32,000 nt of DNA from Pseudoalteromonas tetraodonis (GTDB lineage: Bacteria > Pseudomonadota > Gammaproteobacteria > Enterobacterales > Alteromonadaceae). The position numbers and the translations under genes are program-made. The stretch lies in assembly GCF_002310835.1 (NCBI RefSeq), contig NZ_CP011041.1:2550001-2582000 (forward strand), written 5' to 3'. Below are positions 16,792 to 26,267 of the stretch, in pieces. Each line of letters begins with the position of its first letter. The first letter of the stretch is position 1. Below the pieces are notes generated by a model that saw only the letters and a list, made by a program, of their open reading frames with translations, was not told the origin of the DNA and did no database searches.

Positions 16792-18144
16792 TTAAAGTAA
16801 CAATAAACTACCTAACCCTAAAAAGGTCACAAAGCCGACAATATCAGTGACTGTGGTTAAAATCACTGAACCCGATAACGCAGGGTCAATTTTCATTTTA
16901 TCTAAAATGGACGGGATCACTACACCCGCCAACGATGCTGCCACTAAGTTAAGTAATATTGCCACGGTAATAGTTATACTAAGCATAATATCGTTAAACC
17001 ATACAAAGGTTAGCAAACCAATCACTAATGCCCACACCAAGCCATTTACCGCCCCTACTCGCAGCTCTTTTTTAAGTAATGCGTTTCGGTTTGAGTCAGT
17101 AACCTGACCCAGAGCCAGTCCTCGTACAATAACCGTTAAGGTTTGGCTACCGGCAATACCGCCCATTGACGCCACTACAGGCATTAATACCGCAAGTGCA
17201 ACCACTTGCTCTATGGTTGCGCCAAACAAACCGATAAACCACGAGGCTAAAAATGCTGTTGCTAAGTTTATACCTAACCAAATACCACGGTTTTTAGCAC
17301 TTTTACGAACACTGGCAAATAAGTCTTCGTCTTCTCGTAAACCACCGGCCTTTGCTGCCGCTTCGTCGGCTATTTCTTGACGTAATTCATAAGCTGATGC
17401 AATGGTTAAACGCCCTATTAATTTGTTATCGGCATTAACCACGGGCATGGCCATTTTCTCGCTATGAATAACCACTTCAGCGGCTTCATATAAATCATGG
17501 TCTGCGTGCAATGAGGTAAAATCATGATTAGCTAACGTCATTAAACTCTCGTTATCATGCGCTTTTATCAGATCATTAACCGCAACTTCACCGATTAAGC
17601 TACCTTTACGGCTCACCAAATAAATAACTTCGCTGTATTGCGGTAAGCCTTTGTGTAGCAGCTTTTTAGCGCCACCCGCAGTGAGTTTGTCTGACACCTT
17701 TAAAAAATCAAACCCAATCCAGTGACCTAATTGCTCTGGTGTATATTGCTGAGCCAGTTCGTATTGCTTAGTTTGTGCTTCATCGAGTTGTTTTTTAGCG
17801 TAATCAATAAAACGTTGTGGAATAACTTCTTCTAACTCAAGTAGCTCTTCAACATTTACTTCGTCTAATAATTTAAATCCGGCACTGTCGTCTAGTGTTT
17901 GTAGTAACCATAAACAGCTATCTTCACTTAAATTAACAAAAATTTCGTGCTGCGTGTCTTCATCTAATAAATGCCAAATTTCAAGACGCTGCTCTTTAGG
18001 GATCGCCTCAAACAATAAAGATAAGTGCTCAGTTGATAAAGTTTGCTGAGCATCTATAAGTAATTTATTTTTGCGCTCAGTGGTATCACACTGCAATAAG
18101 TCGTTTATGAGTTGTGGTAACTGATCAACCGGATACTCTATCAT
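16792..18144 (-). CDS. mgtE: Magnesium transporter MgtE
   Basis: 450 aa. Acidic N-domain, tandem CBS region and five C-terminal TM helices with the characteristic GIAGSQ and TDIVGF segments. Confidence 0.9.
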   Translation of the reverse strand: MIEYPVDQLPQLINDLLQCDTTERKNKLLIDAQQTLSTEHLSLLFEAIPKEQRLEIWHLLDEDTQHEIFVNLSEDSCLWLLQTLDDSAGFKLLDEVNVEELLELEEVIPQRFIDYAKKQLDEAQTKQYELAQQYTPEQLGHWIGFDFLKVSDKLTAGGAKKLLHKGLPQYSEVIYLVSRKGSLIGEVAVNDLIKAHDNESLMTLANHDFTSLHADHDLYEAAEVVIHSEKMAMPVVNADNKLIGRLTIASAYELRQEIADEAAAKAGGLREDEDLFASVRKSAKNRGIWLGINLATAFLASWFIGLFGATIEQVVALAVLMPVVASMGGIAGSQTLTVIVRGLALGQVTDSNRNALLKKELRVGAVNGLVWALVIGLLTFVWFNDIMLSITITVAILLNLVAASLAGVVIPSILDKMKIDPALSGSVILTTVTDIVGFVTFLGLGSLLLL

Positions 18145-18217
18145 TTAAAAACCCTAAAATAGTCGTTTCACTATAAATTTACTGTAATAAGTAAGTACTT
18201 ATTAATGAGATTAGCTA

Positions 18218-18274
18218 GGGTCTGTTTATCTTTCGAGGTTGAACACGTTTCAATCCAAAAAGGTCAACAGACCC
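18218..18274 (-). repeat. Palindromic intergenic repeat, copy 2 (inverted relative to copy 1)
   Basis: The reverse complement reads GGGTCTGTTGACCTTT...CTCGAAAGATAAACAGACCC. It shares the termini GGGTCTGTTG.CCTTT and GAAAGATAA(A)CAGACC with 8817-8865. Confidence 0.65.
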
Positions 18275-18382
18275 TTATAGTGTACATTAGTCGCTAATAA
18301 AAATATTAAAAAATCGCTGTGCTGTTAAATATTTATGGTTGTAGCAGGCAATAAACTATCGCGCTTTAGCTAAAAATAAAGC

Positions 18383-18416
18383 AAAAAAAAAGCCGTAACT
18401 AAATAAGTCACGGCTT
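18383..18416 (-). terminator. Rho-independent terminator of the chemoreceptor gene
   Basis: The minus strand shows AGCCGT...ACGGCT, a 6-bp stem with a 13-nt loop, followed by T9. Confidence 0.65.
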
Positions 18417-18444
18417 CCAAAAGCAATTAATAGCTAAGTGTTAT

Positions 18445-20112
18445 TTATATTTTAAACTGACCAACTAAATCACCTAAGTTTTGACCTCGTCCCGCTAAGT
18501 GCTGACTTACCGAAGAGGTCGTTTTACTCGATTGCGTTAATTCATTCACAATTTCTTGAATTGCATACACGTTACGGTTTATCTCTTCTGTAACGCTACT
18601 TTGCTCAGTAGCTGCGGTGGCAATTTGTGTACTCATATCGTTAATTGTTGTTACCGATGTAGTAACCGCACCTAGACTTTCAGATATAGCGCGTGAAGAC
18701 TCTACAGAGCGGTTACAGCTTTGTTGACTCGCTTGCATGGCTCCTACAGCCGCAGTGACTAAGTTATGTAATTCGCTAAGCATTTCATTAATTTCTAATG
18801 TGCTATCTTGAGTGCGGCTTGCTAAGCTTCTTACTTCATCAGCTACAACGGCAAAACCACGACCTTGCTCACCCGCTCGTGCAGCCTCAATAGCGGCGTT
18901 TAATGCCAATAAGTTCGTTTGCTCAGCAATACCCCCAATGACACTCAACACGCTATTAATCTTTTTAGACTGTTCACTTAACGAGTTTACTTGCTCAGCG
19001 GCTTGGTTAATTTCACCCATTAAATTTGAAACTTCACTGAGTGAAACATCCACACAATCTTGCGCATTGGCCACTTCTTTTGTTGCTGCCTGCGTTGATA
19101 CCGCAACTTGTGTGGTATTTTGTGCAACTTCATGCGAGGTTGCTGACATTTCAGTAATAGCGGTGACTACTAATTCAGTTTCATGATTATGTTTTAATAA
19201 TTTATCTTCAATTAATAAGGTTTGCGTATTGATATCTGATGAGGCCGTTTTAACATCGCTCGTCACATCGACCACACCGGAAATAATACTATGCAGCTTA
19301 CTAACAAACAGATTAAACGATTCACCCAATTGACCAATTTCATCATGGGTGTCAATCACTAATCTTCTGGTTAAATCACCTTCACCTTTTGCTATGTCAT
19401 CTAAACTTTGTACCATTCGATGTATTGGTTTAACCATATTACTCGCTGCATATAAAGCACCCACTGCTGCTAAACCAAGTAGCAGAAGTGATATTAAAAA
19501 TAAGGTGGTCATTTTTTCAGTTAAATGCTCAGCCATGGTTGCTTGGTATTTAACTAGTTCAGCCTCAATGTCATCCATATAAGTACCCGTACCAATCATC
19601 CAGTTAGTACCTGGGATCATGGCTGCATACCCTATTTTTTCAATCAAACCCGTCGTGTTGGGTTTTTGAAAGTGATAGGTAAAAGACCCCCCCCCTTTAC
19701 GAGCTTGCTCTAGTAAGCCAACCACTATTTTTTTACCGTTTGGGTCGGTCATGCCTATTTTATTTTGCCCTTCAATTGCATCGCCTAACAATGCATGAAA
19801 AACACTCACGCCATCGGTATCGTAAATAAAATAATAGCCATCTTCGCTAAATTTTAAATCTCTTAACGCATTTTTTGCGTCTTGTTCATTACCTTGTGCT
19901 AATTGGTATTGCACTATTTGAGAACCAATTTCAATTTCTGTTTTTAGCAGCGTTTGTTTATCTGCTATTAGTTTGGTTTTGAATTCATTAAAGTATTGCT
20001 GCTGATTTTGCTTCTCTAAATAATATGAGCCCGCCATAAAACTGATTAGCAATACAATTAATGGTAAAACAGCCAACAGTAGCAATTTGTTTTTTAAGCT
20101 TAAATTACCCAT
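18445..20112 (-). CDS. Methyl-accepting chemotaxis protein with a single-Cache-type periplasmic sensor and HAMP
   Basis: Two TMs flank a roughly 165-aa periplasmic domain ([17 protein letters not shown], Cache-like). HAMP domain, then the highly conserved signalling hairpin ([35 protein letters not shown]). The ATG at 20110-20112 is preceded by GGAGA. The ORF-track start is 20130. Confidence 0.9.
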   Translation of the reverse strand: MGNLSLKNKLLLLAVLPLIVLLISFMAGSYYLEKQNQQQYFNEFKTKLIADKQTLLKTEIEIGSQIVQYQLAQGNEQDAKNALRDLKFSEDGYYFIYDTDGVSVFHALLGDAIEGQNKIGMTDPNGKKIVVGLLEQARKGGGSFTYHFQKPNTTGLIEKIGYAAMIPGTNWMIGTGTYMDDIEAELVKYQATMAEHLTEKMTTLFLISLLLLGLAAVGALYAASNMVKPIHRMVQSLDDIAKGEGDLTRRLVIDTHDEIGQLGESFNLFVSKLHSIISGVVDVTSDVKTASSDINTQTLLIEDKLLKHNHETELVVTAITEMSATSHEVAQNTTQVAVSTQAATKEVANAQDCVDVSLSEVSNLMGEINQAAEQVNSLSEQSKKINSVLSVIGGIAEQTNLLALNAAIEAARAGEQGRGFAVVADEVRSLASRTQDSTLEINEMLSELHNLVTAAVGAMQASQQSCNRSVESSRAISESLGAVTTSVTTINDMSTQIATAATEQSSVTEEINRNVYAIQEIVNELTQSSKTTSSVSQHLAGRGQNLGDLVGQFKI

Positions 20113-20513
20113 TATTTCTCCAATTAACATTACAAGCCATCAAGCTCTTTTTATTTTGTAGCCCGTTAGCTAAAAAATTTCATTGTTTGCATTACTATAC
20201 AACGCATACCTGTATACAAATTAAGCACAAACGAGATCGTTTAGCAATTTAATACACTCTTGCAATAGTAAAACACACTAAAAAACACTTTATAACTAGA
20301 CGATAGTATATAAGCAATAATAAAGAACCAAAACCAATTTAGCCTTTCACATAGCCAGTACACAGCTTGTTAAACTTCCTTAAAGCTAAATTAACCTGAC
20401 TAACGCTATTTTAGCTTTAATGAAATTAAATATTGGGCATCACACAAAGGTCTTGCTTTCTGAGTTAAAACGCAAATAATGAAGCAACTAACTACTGGGT
20501 AAGAATGAGGAAA

Positions 20514-21344
20514 ATGAGTTACATACTAACCACCCAATGCGCCGATGATATTGGCTTAATCGCCAAAATTACCGGACTGTGTCACCGACATAACTTAAAC
20601 ATTATTCGTAATAACGAGTTTGTAGATAAAGATGCACAGCGCTTTTTTATGCGCACTGAACTCACTGGCGAACCCCACACTGAGTTTTTAGCACAGCTAC
20701 GTGAAGTATTACCCGCAGGTGCAAAAGTGGCGCTACACGGTGAAGAAAAAACCAAAGTTGTTTTATTAGCCACAAAAGAAGCCCACTGTTTAGGCGGCAT
20801 GTTGTTAAAGCAATTTGAACAAACCCTAAACATAGAGATACTTGCCGTGATTGCCAATTATCCTACATTAGAGCCTTTGGTTAAGGGATTTGATATTCCT
20901 TTTCATGTGGTTTCTCATGAAGGACTTACGCGCAGTGAGCACGACGAAAAAGTCGGTGACTTAATTGCCAGCTATAACCCTGACATTATTGGGTTAGCTA
21001 AATACATGCGTATTTTAAGCCCTGAGTTTGTTGGTCGATTTGAGGGTAAAATCATCAATATTCATCACTCATTTTTACCGGCTTTTATTGGTGCTAAACC
21101 GTATCATCAGGCGTTTGAGCGCGGTGTAAAAATTATTGGTGCCACGGCTCACTTTGTAAATAATGAGCTAGATGAAGGCCCTATTATTTTACAAGACGTA
21201 TCGAGTGTAACTCATGCTAATACGGCTGAAATGATGGCTAAAATGGGTAAAGACGTGGAAAAAACAGTGTTTTGTAAAGCATTGCAACTAGCATCAGAAC
21301 ATAAGCTATTTATTAATGGCAATAAAACCGTCGTATTTTCATAA
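20514..21344 (+). CDS. purU: Formyltetrahydrofolate deformylase
   Basis: N-terminal ACT domain plus a formyltransferase domain (INIHHSFLPAFIGAKPYHQA, GATAHFV). The ATG at 20514 is preceded by GAGGAAA. The ORF-track start is 20505. Confidence 0.9.
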   Translation: MSYILTTQCADDIGLIAKITGLCHRHNLNIIRNNEFVDKDAQRFFMRTELTGEPHTEFLAQLREVLPAGAKVALHGEEKTKVVLLATKEAHCLGGMLLKQFEQTLNIEILAVIANYPTLEPLVKGFDIPFHVVSHEGLTRSEHDEKVGDLIASYNPDIIGLAKYMRILSPEFVGRFEGKIINIHHSFLPAFIGAKPYHQAFERGVKIIGATAHFVNNELDEGPIILQDVSSVTHANTAEMMAKMGKDVEKTVFCKALQLASEHKLFINGNKTVVFS

Positions 21345-21360
21345 TTTTTACTTTTTAAAT

Positions 21361-21391
21361 AAAAATGCCAGCTAATAAGCTGGCATTTTTT
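21361..21391. terminator. Bidirectional rho-independent terminator
   Basis: A5-TGCCAGC-TAATAA-GCTGGCA-T6, lying between the convergent purU and the AbgT-family gene. Confidence 0.85.
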
Positions 21392-21417
21392 ATAAGTAAA
21401 TATTAAACCTTACTTAG

Positions 21418-23025
21418 TTAGGGTGTGTAATACGTTGGTGCCCCAGGGCCTACTGGCATACCTAAAACAAATACCCATAAGTAAAACAGCACCACCCAAC
21501 CAACAAAGAAAATAATACTATATGGCAACATAGTCGCTACCAAAGTACCTATTCCCATGTCTTTTTTGTATTTAGTGGCAACCGCGAGGATCAAGCCAAA
21601 GTAACTCATCATCGGGGTAATTAAGTTAGTTACCGAATCACCAATACGATAAGCTGCTTGAATTGTCTCGGGGGCATAACCTATAAGCATCAGCATAGGA
21701 ACAAAAATAGGGGCTGTTACTGCCCACTGCGCTGACGATGAGCCTAGCGTTAAGTTCACTAAAGCACACATTAAAATAAACAACACAAATACTTCCGGCC
21801 CCGTTAGGCTAAGTGCCTGTAATAATGCAGCGCCATTAATGGCTAAAATAGTACCTAAGTTAGTCCACTTAAAAAATGCCACAAACTGCGCAGCAAAAAA
21901 TACTAATACAATGTACATTCCCATAGAGCTCATACTTTTGCTCATGGCGTTAATCACGTCTTTATCATTTTTCATGGTGCCAACAACGCGGCCATACACA
22001 AAACCTGGAATACCAAAGGTGACAAAAATAAAAACCACAATCCCTTTTAAAAACGGCGAGTGAGCAACTAGGCCTGTTTCTGGGTTACGTAAAATACCGT
22101 CTGCGGGTACAACCGTCCACGCGAGTAGTAATGAAACAACAAGTAATGAGAATCCAGCCCATTTTAAGCCCGACTTTTCTTTATCAGTTAAACCGGCAAT
22201 GTTGTTTTGAGCTAAATCTTCACTGGCTTCGTCTGGGTTATATTTGCCTAATCGCGGCTCTACAATTTTCTCAGTAACTAGCGTGCCTAATATGGCAATT
22301 AAAAATACCGATATCATCATGAAATACCAGTTTGCTTCTGCGCCTACTTGGTAAGTTGGGTCAATCATTTGTGCAGCTGGCGTGGTAATACCGGCTAGTA
22401 ACGGATCAATAGTACCCAATAATAAATTAGCACTGTAACCACCAGATACCCCAGCAAATGCCGCAGCAAGACCGGCAAGCGGATGACGACCTAAGCTATG
22501 AAATATCATTGCCGCTAGCGGAATCAATACCACATAGCCAAGCTCAGAAGCTGTATTGGATAATATAGCGGCAAACACCACCATAAAGGTCACTAAGCGT
22601 TTTGATGCCCCCATTACCATGCCACGCATAGCGGCAGACAATAGCCCTGAATGCTCTGCTACACTCACACCTAATAGCGCAACTAATACCGTCCCTAATG
22701 GCGCAAAGCTAGTAAAGTTAGTCACCAGCCCAGTTACAATACGTTGTAAGCCTTCTGCACTGAGTAAGCTTACTACTTCAATAACACCATCTGGATCGCG
22801 CCCAGCAGAGCCCTCAGGCCGTGGATCGATAGCACTGAGTCCAAACCAATCGGCAACACCACTAAATAAAATAATGGCAATACAAAACAATGCAAATAAC
22901 GTAATTGGGTGGGGAAGCATGTTCCCTAAAAATTCTACAGTGGCTAAAAATCGATTAAACCAGCCGTTCTTTGCGACCTGATTTTCATCTTGGGATGTGT
23001 TTGGTGAGTCTATTGAGTCTGACAT
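21418..23025 (-). CDS. AbgT-family (p-aminobenzoyl-glutamate / MtrF-type) transporter
   Basis: 535-aa polytopic membrane protein. The N-terminal GWFNRFLATVEFLGNMLPHPITLF region is typical of AbgT-family proteins. Confidence 0.85.
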   Translation of the reverse strand: MSDSIDSPNTSQDENQVAKNGWFNRFLATVEFLGNMLPHPITLFALFCIAIILFSGVADWFGLSAIDPRPEGSAGRDPDGVIEVVSLLSAEGLQRIVTGLVTNFTSFAPLGTVLVALLGVSVAEHSGLLSAAMRGMVMGASKRLVTFMVVFAAILSNTASELGYVVLIPLAAMIFHSLGRHPLAGLAAAFAGVSGGYSANLLLGTIDPLLAGITTPAAQMIDPTYQVGAEANWYFMMISVFLIAILGTLVTEKIVEPRLGKYNPDEASEDLAQNNIAGLTDKEKSGLKWAGFSLLVVSLLLAWTVVPADGILRNPETGLVAHSPFLKGIVVFIFVTFGIPGFVYGRVVGTMKNDKDVINAMSKSMSSMGMYIVLVFFAAQFVAFFKWTNLGTILAINGAALLQALSLTGPEVFVLFILMCALVNLTLGSSSAQWAVTAPIFVPMLMLIGYAPETIQAAYRIGDSVTNLITPMMSYFGLILAVATKYKKDMGIGTLVATMLPYSIIFFVGWVVLFYLWVFVLGMPVGPGAPTYYTP

Positions 23026-23146
23026 ACCATGCTCTCTTAATTACAAAATGCCCGTAACCTAGCATTATTTACCCAGCAGGTCATGTAATAAAGATGAATG
23101 ACTTGTTATGTCATAGTAACTGAATGGTTTCGCGTGCTTGAGTTGC

Positions 23147-23167
23147 AAAAAAGAGGCTCTCGCCTCT
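23147..23167 (-). terminator. Rho-independent terminator of the response-regulator gene
   Basis: The minus strand reads AGAGGC-GAGA-GCCTCT followed by T6. Confidence 0.7.
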
Positions 23168-23179
23168 AATTTAACCTGT

Positions 23180-23830
23180 TTAAACTTGCTCTATGGGTTC
23201 TAGTTGTAATTTTGCGGCAATTAAAACAGCTTGAGTTCGGTTATAAACACCGAGTTTTCTAAATATGGCAGTTATGTGTGCTTTGACGGTGGCTTCTGAA
23301 ATATGCAGTTCGTAAGCTATTTGTTTATTCAGTAGGCCTTCGTGCAAATATTGCAATACACGGTATTGCTGCGGAGTAAGTGATGCAACTTGTGCGGCAA
23401 TTTCCCTATCTTCGCCTTCTATTTCAGCTACCTTACTTTTTAGTTCAGTTGGCAGCCAAGTGTCGCCTTCAAGTATTTGGTTTATTGCATTAGCAATATC
23501 ATCCGATGAAGATGATTTGGGAATAAACCCCATAGCGCCATAACCCATTACCTTAGAAACAATATTTACATCTTCACTACCCGAAACCACCGCAATCGGT
23601 AAGCTCGGATAATCTTCACGAATACGGATTAATCCGTATAAGTCACCGTTACCTGGCATGTGTAAATCTAGTAGTAATATATCAAGATCTTCTTGTTCGC
23701 TTAACACTTTCAATGTGCTATCAAAATCGGCCGATTCAAAAACCTCTAAACCTGCAAATTTTGCGCTCAAAGCGCCCTTTAATGCTTCGCGAAATAACGG
23801 ATGATCGTCCGCTATTAAAAACTGACTCAT
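23180..23830 (-). CDS. LuxR/FixJ (NarL)-family response regulator, CrbR/ErdR-like by context
   Basis: 216 aa. Receiver domain (IADDHPLFREAL, LLLDLHMPG with the phospho-acceptor Asp) and a C-terminal LuxR HTH (LTPQQYRVLQYLHEGLLNKQIAYELHISEATVKAH). It sits directly downstream of acs. Confidence 0.88.
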   Translation of the reverse strand: MSQFLIADDHPLFREALKGALSAKFAGLEVFESADFDSTLKVLSEQEDLDILLLDLHMPGNGDLYGLIRIREDYPSLPIAVVSGSEDVNIVSKVMGYGAMGFIPKSSSSDDIANAINQILEGDTWLPTELKSKVAEIEGEDREIAAQVASLTPQQYRVLQYLHEGLLNKQIAYELHISEATVKAHITAIFRKLGVYNRTQAVLIAAKLQLEPIEQV

Positions 23831-23841
23831 TGTTCACTCCC

Positions 23842-23876
23842 AAAAATTCGGCTGCTATCCGATAGACAACAGCCGA
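23842..23876 (-). terminator. Candidate terminator or attenuator after acs, abutting the response-regulator ribosome-binding site
   Basis: The minus strand shows TCGGCTG...CAGCCGA, a 7-bp stem with a 15-nt loop, followed by ATTTTT. The downstream GGGAG Shine-Dalgarno and ATG follow within about 12 nt. Confidence 0.5.
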
Positions 23877-23922
23877 TATACTACGTTTAGAATCAACTTC
23901 TAATCAAGCTTTTAACGCGAAA

Positions 23923-25863
23923 TTAACGATTTAATCGATTTTCTACTAGCTCATCAACGACTGACGGATCGGCGAGTGTCGACGTATCACCAAGCTGTTG
24001 ATACTCATTTGCAGCAATTTTACGTAAAATACGACGCATAATTTTGCCTGAGCGAGTTTTTGGTAACCCTGGCGACCATTGGATCATATCGGGTGATGCA
24101 ATAGGGCTCAGCTCTTTACGTACCCAATTACGGATCTCTTTTGTTAGCTCATCACTCACTGTTACACCCTCGTTAGGTGTAATGTAAACATATATGCCTT
24201 GGCCTTTAATATCGTGCGGGTAACCGACAACTGCAGCTTCAGCTACGGCTTCATGAGCAACTAAGGCACTTTCAATTTCAGCAGTACCTAAACGGTGCCC
24301 AGATACATTAAGCACATCATCCACACGCCCTGTGATCCAGTAATCTCCGTCTTCATCACGACGACAACCGTCACCGGTGAAGTAAACACCCGGGTAAGCA
24401 CTAAAATAAGTTTGCTCAAAGCGCTCGTGATCGCCATACACAGTTCGTGCTTGCGAAGGCCAGCTATCTAAAATAACTAGGTTTCCTTCAACAGCGCCCT
24501 CTAATGTATTACCCTCAGCATCAAATAACGCCGGTGCAATACCAAAAAATGGACGAGTTGCAGAGCCTGGTTTCATATCAGTTGCACCTGGAAGAGGCGC
24601 AATCATAATGCCGCCAGTTTCAGTTTGCCACCAGGTATCAACGATTGGGCAGTTAGATTTACCAATTTTTTCGTAGTACCACGTCCACGCTTCGGGGTTA
24701 ATTGGCTCACCTACTGAACCTAAAATACGCAGGCTATCTCGGTTTGAACTGGCAATTGGCTCATCACCTTTGGCCATAAGCGCTCGAATAGCAGTAGGTG
24801 CGGTGTATAAAATAGTAACGTTATGTTTATCAACAACTTCACCCATACGCCCTGCTGTTGGGTAAGTTGGCACACCTTCGAATACGACTTGCGTACACCC
24901 ATTAACAAGCGGGCCATAAGCAATATAACTGTGACCTGTGATCCAGCCCACATCGGCACTACACCAAAAAATATCATCTTCTTGTAAGTCAAAAACATAT
25001 TCATGAGTCATTGATGAATACACTAAATAACCACCAGTGGTATGTACCACACCTTTAGGCTGCCCCGTAGAACCTGAGGTATATAAAATAAACAATGGGT
25101 CTTCAGCGTTCATGCGCTCAGGCTCACACTCGGGTGCTTCATCAGCAACTAAGTCATGCCACCAAATATCATGGCTATGCCAATCAACATCGCCAGAGGT
25201 CAGTTTATGAACAACTACGTGCTCAACGGTAGTTACCGAATCTTGTAACACCGCTTCATCTACATTGGCTTTAAGCGGTACACAGTTACCGGCGCGTCGA
25301 CCTTCATCTGATGTGATCACCACCTTAGCGCCTGAATCATTAATGCGATCTGCAATAGCCGATGGTGAAAAGCCACCGAATATAACAGAATGAATCGCAC
25401 CTATACGGGCACAAGCTTGCATTGCATAAATAGCTTGTGGGCTCATTGGCATATAAATGGCAACACGGTCACCTTTTTTTACACCCAATTTTTTCAAGCC
25501 ATTGGCAAATTTAGCGACTTCGTCATGTAATTGTTGGTAGGTAATATTTTCACTTTGCGAAGGATCATCGCCTTCCCAAATAAGCGCTACTTTATCTGCT
25601 TTTGTTTTTAAGTGGCGGTCGATACAGTTGTAAGATGCATTAAGGTAGCCATCTTCATACCATTTTATATTAATATGGCCTTTATCAAATGAAGTGTTTT
25701 TTACTTTTGAATAAGGAGTAAACCAGTCAATACGCTTACCGTGCTCAGCCCAAAACCCTTCAGGGTCTTCTACAGACTGTTTATACATCGTATTATATTT
25801 TTCATTATCGACGAGCGCTGCGTTTTTAATATGCGCAGGAACTGGGTAGATACTTTGTGACAT
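23923..25863 (-). CDS. acs: Acetyl-CoA synthetase (AMP-forming)
   Basis: About 646 aa. [14 protein letters not shown]-binding motif, the WWQTETGG motif and C-terminal [12 protein letters not shown]. The ATG at 25861-25863 is preceded by GGAGA. The ORF-track start is 25875. Confidence 0.95.
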   Translation of the reverse strand: MSQSIYPVPAHIKNAALVDNEKYNTMYKQSVEDPEGFWAEHGKRIDWFTPYSKVKNTSFDKGHINIKWYEDGYLNASYNCIDRHLKTKADKVALIWEGDDPSQSENITYQQLHDEVAKFANGLKKLGVKKGDRVAIYMPMSPQAIYAMQACARIGAIHSVIFGGFSPSAIADRINDSGAKVVITSDEGRRAGNCVPLKANVDEAVLQDSVTTVEHVVVHKLTSGDVDWHSHDIWWHDLVADEAPECEPERMNAEDPLFILYTSGSTGQPKGVVHTTGGYLVYSSMTHEYVFDLQEDDIFWCSADVGWITGHSYIAYGPLVNGCTQVVFEGVPTYPTAGRMGEVVDKHNVTILYTAPTAIRALMAKGDEPIASSNRDSLRILGSVGEPINPEAWTWYYEKIGKSNCPIVDTWWQTETGGIMIAPLPGATDMKPGSATRPFFGIAPALFDAEGNTLEGAVEGNLVILDSWPSQARTVYGDHERFEQTYFSAYPGVYFTGDGCRRDEDGDYWITGRVDDVLNVSGHRLGTAEIESALVAHEAVAEAAVVGYPHDIKGQGIYVYITPNEGVTVSDELTKEIRNWVRKELSPIASPDMIQWSPGLPKTRSGKIMRRILRKIAANEYQQLGDTSTLADPSVVDELVENRLNR

Positions 25864-26062
25864 ATTAGTCTCCAATTTATATTACTTGCCTTAGGCTTTT
25901 CATCAAGGATTACTCAGCGGTGCACTATTAAATATTAGACATTAGTTGTATCTAGGTTCAAACAGCTATTATCTTATCTATAATCCCCTTAGTTACACTT
26001 GATATACATAAAAATACACATTATTAAAGCAAAGAATATGAACAACTCATATTTATTAAACC

Positions 26063-26079
26063 TTAGTCTAATAGACTAA
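26063..26079. promoter_or_regulatory. 17-bp perfect palindrome in the acs/porin divergent control region
   Basis: TTAGTCTA-A-TAGACTAA. It is 200 nt upstream of the acs start and 189 nt upstream of the porin start. The binding factor is unknown. Confidence 0.25.
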
Positions 26080-26267
26080 TAGTTGATTGAGTAAATTGTG
26101 TACATATACAACAGTAGCTTAAATATTTAAAAGTATTGACTGTTTATTAACAATCTTTATTTACTTACAAATTAAATTAAAACTATGTAAATTCAATTTG
26201 TTAGTACTATATAAGTAACACACGTTAGAAAAAACATACAACAAGTAGCCTATAAAAGGACACAACA

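Noticed and set aside
18145-18444. M-box (Mg-sensing) riboswitch upstream of mgtE
   Set aside because: The leader lacks the long multi-helix conserved core expected for an M-box. The only structured element is the roughly 55-nt repeat copy.
18812-19186. 124-aa ORF antisense to the chemoreceptor signalling domain
   Set aside because: The Ala/Ser/Thr-rich reverse frame of the highly conserved MCP hairpin commonly stays open, so this is not evidence of a gene.
20228-20241. Inverted repeat AAACGA-GA-TCGTTT in the MCP/purU intergenic region
   Set aside because: The arms are only 6 bp and it occurs in a 400-bp AT-rich region. It has LacI-family flavour but the wrong spacing, and could easily arise by chance.
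20381-20419. 10-bp-stem hairpin (TAAAGCTAAA...TTTAGCTTTA) upstream of purU, considered as a riboswitch or attenuator
   Set aside because: I saw no ZTP, glycine or THF-like conserved cores in the leader. The stem is almost all A:T with a 19-nt loop and no T-tract, which is insufficient support.
20471-20486. Possible PurR operator upstream of purU (ACGCAAATAATGAAGC)
   Set aside because: Only the left half (ACGCAAA) fits the ACGCAAACGTTTGCGT consensus. The right half does not match, so I do not call it.
22556-22981. 141-aa ORF antisense to the AbgT-family transporter gene
   Set aside because: It is embedded in a strong membrane-protein ORF on the other strand. The composition (A/T/S/P/N-rich) is the mirror of hydrophobic codons, and it has no independent signals.
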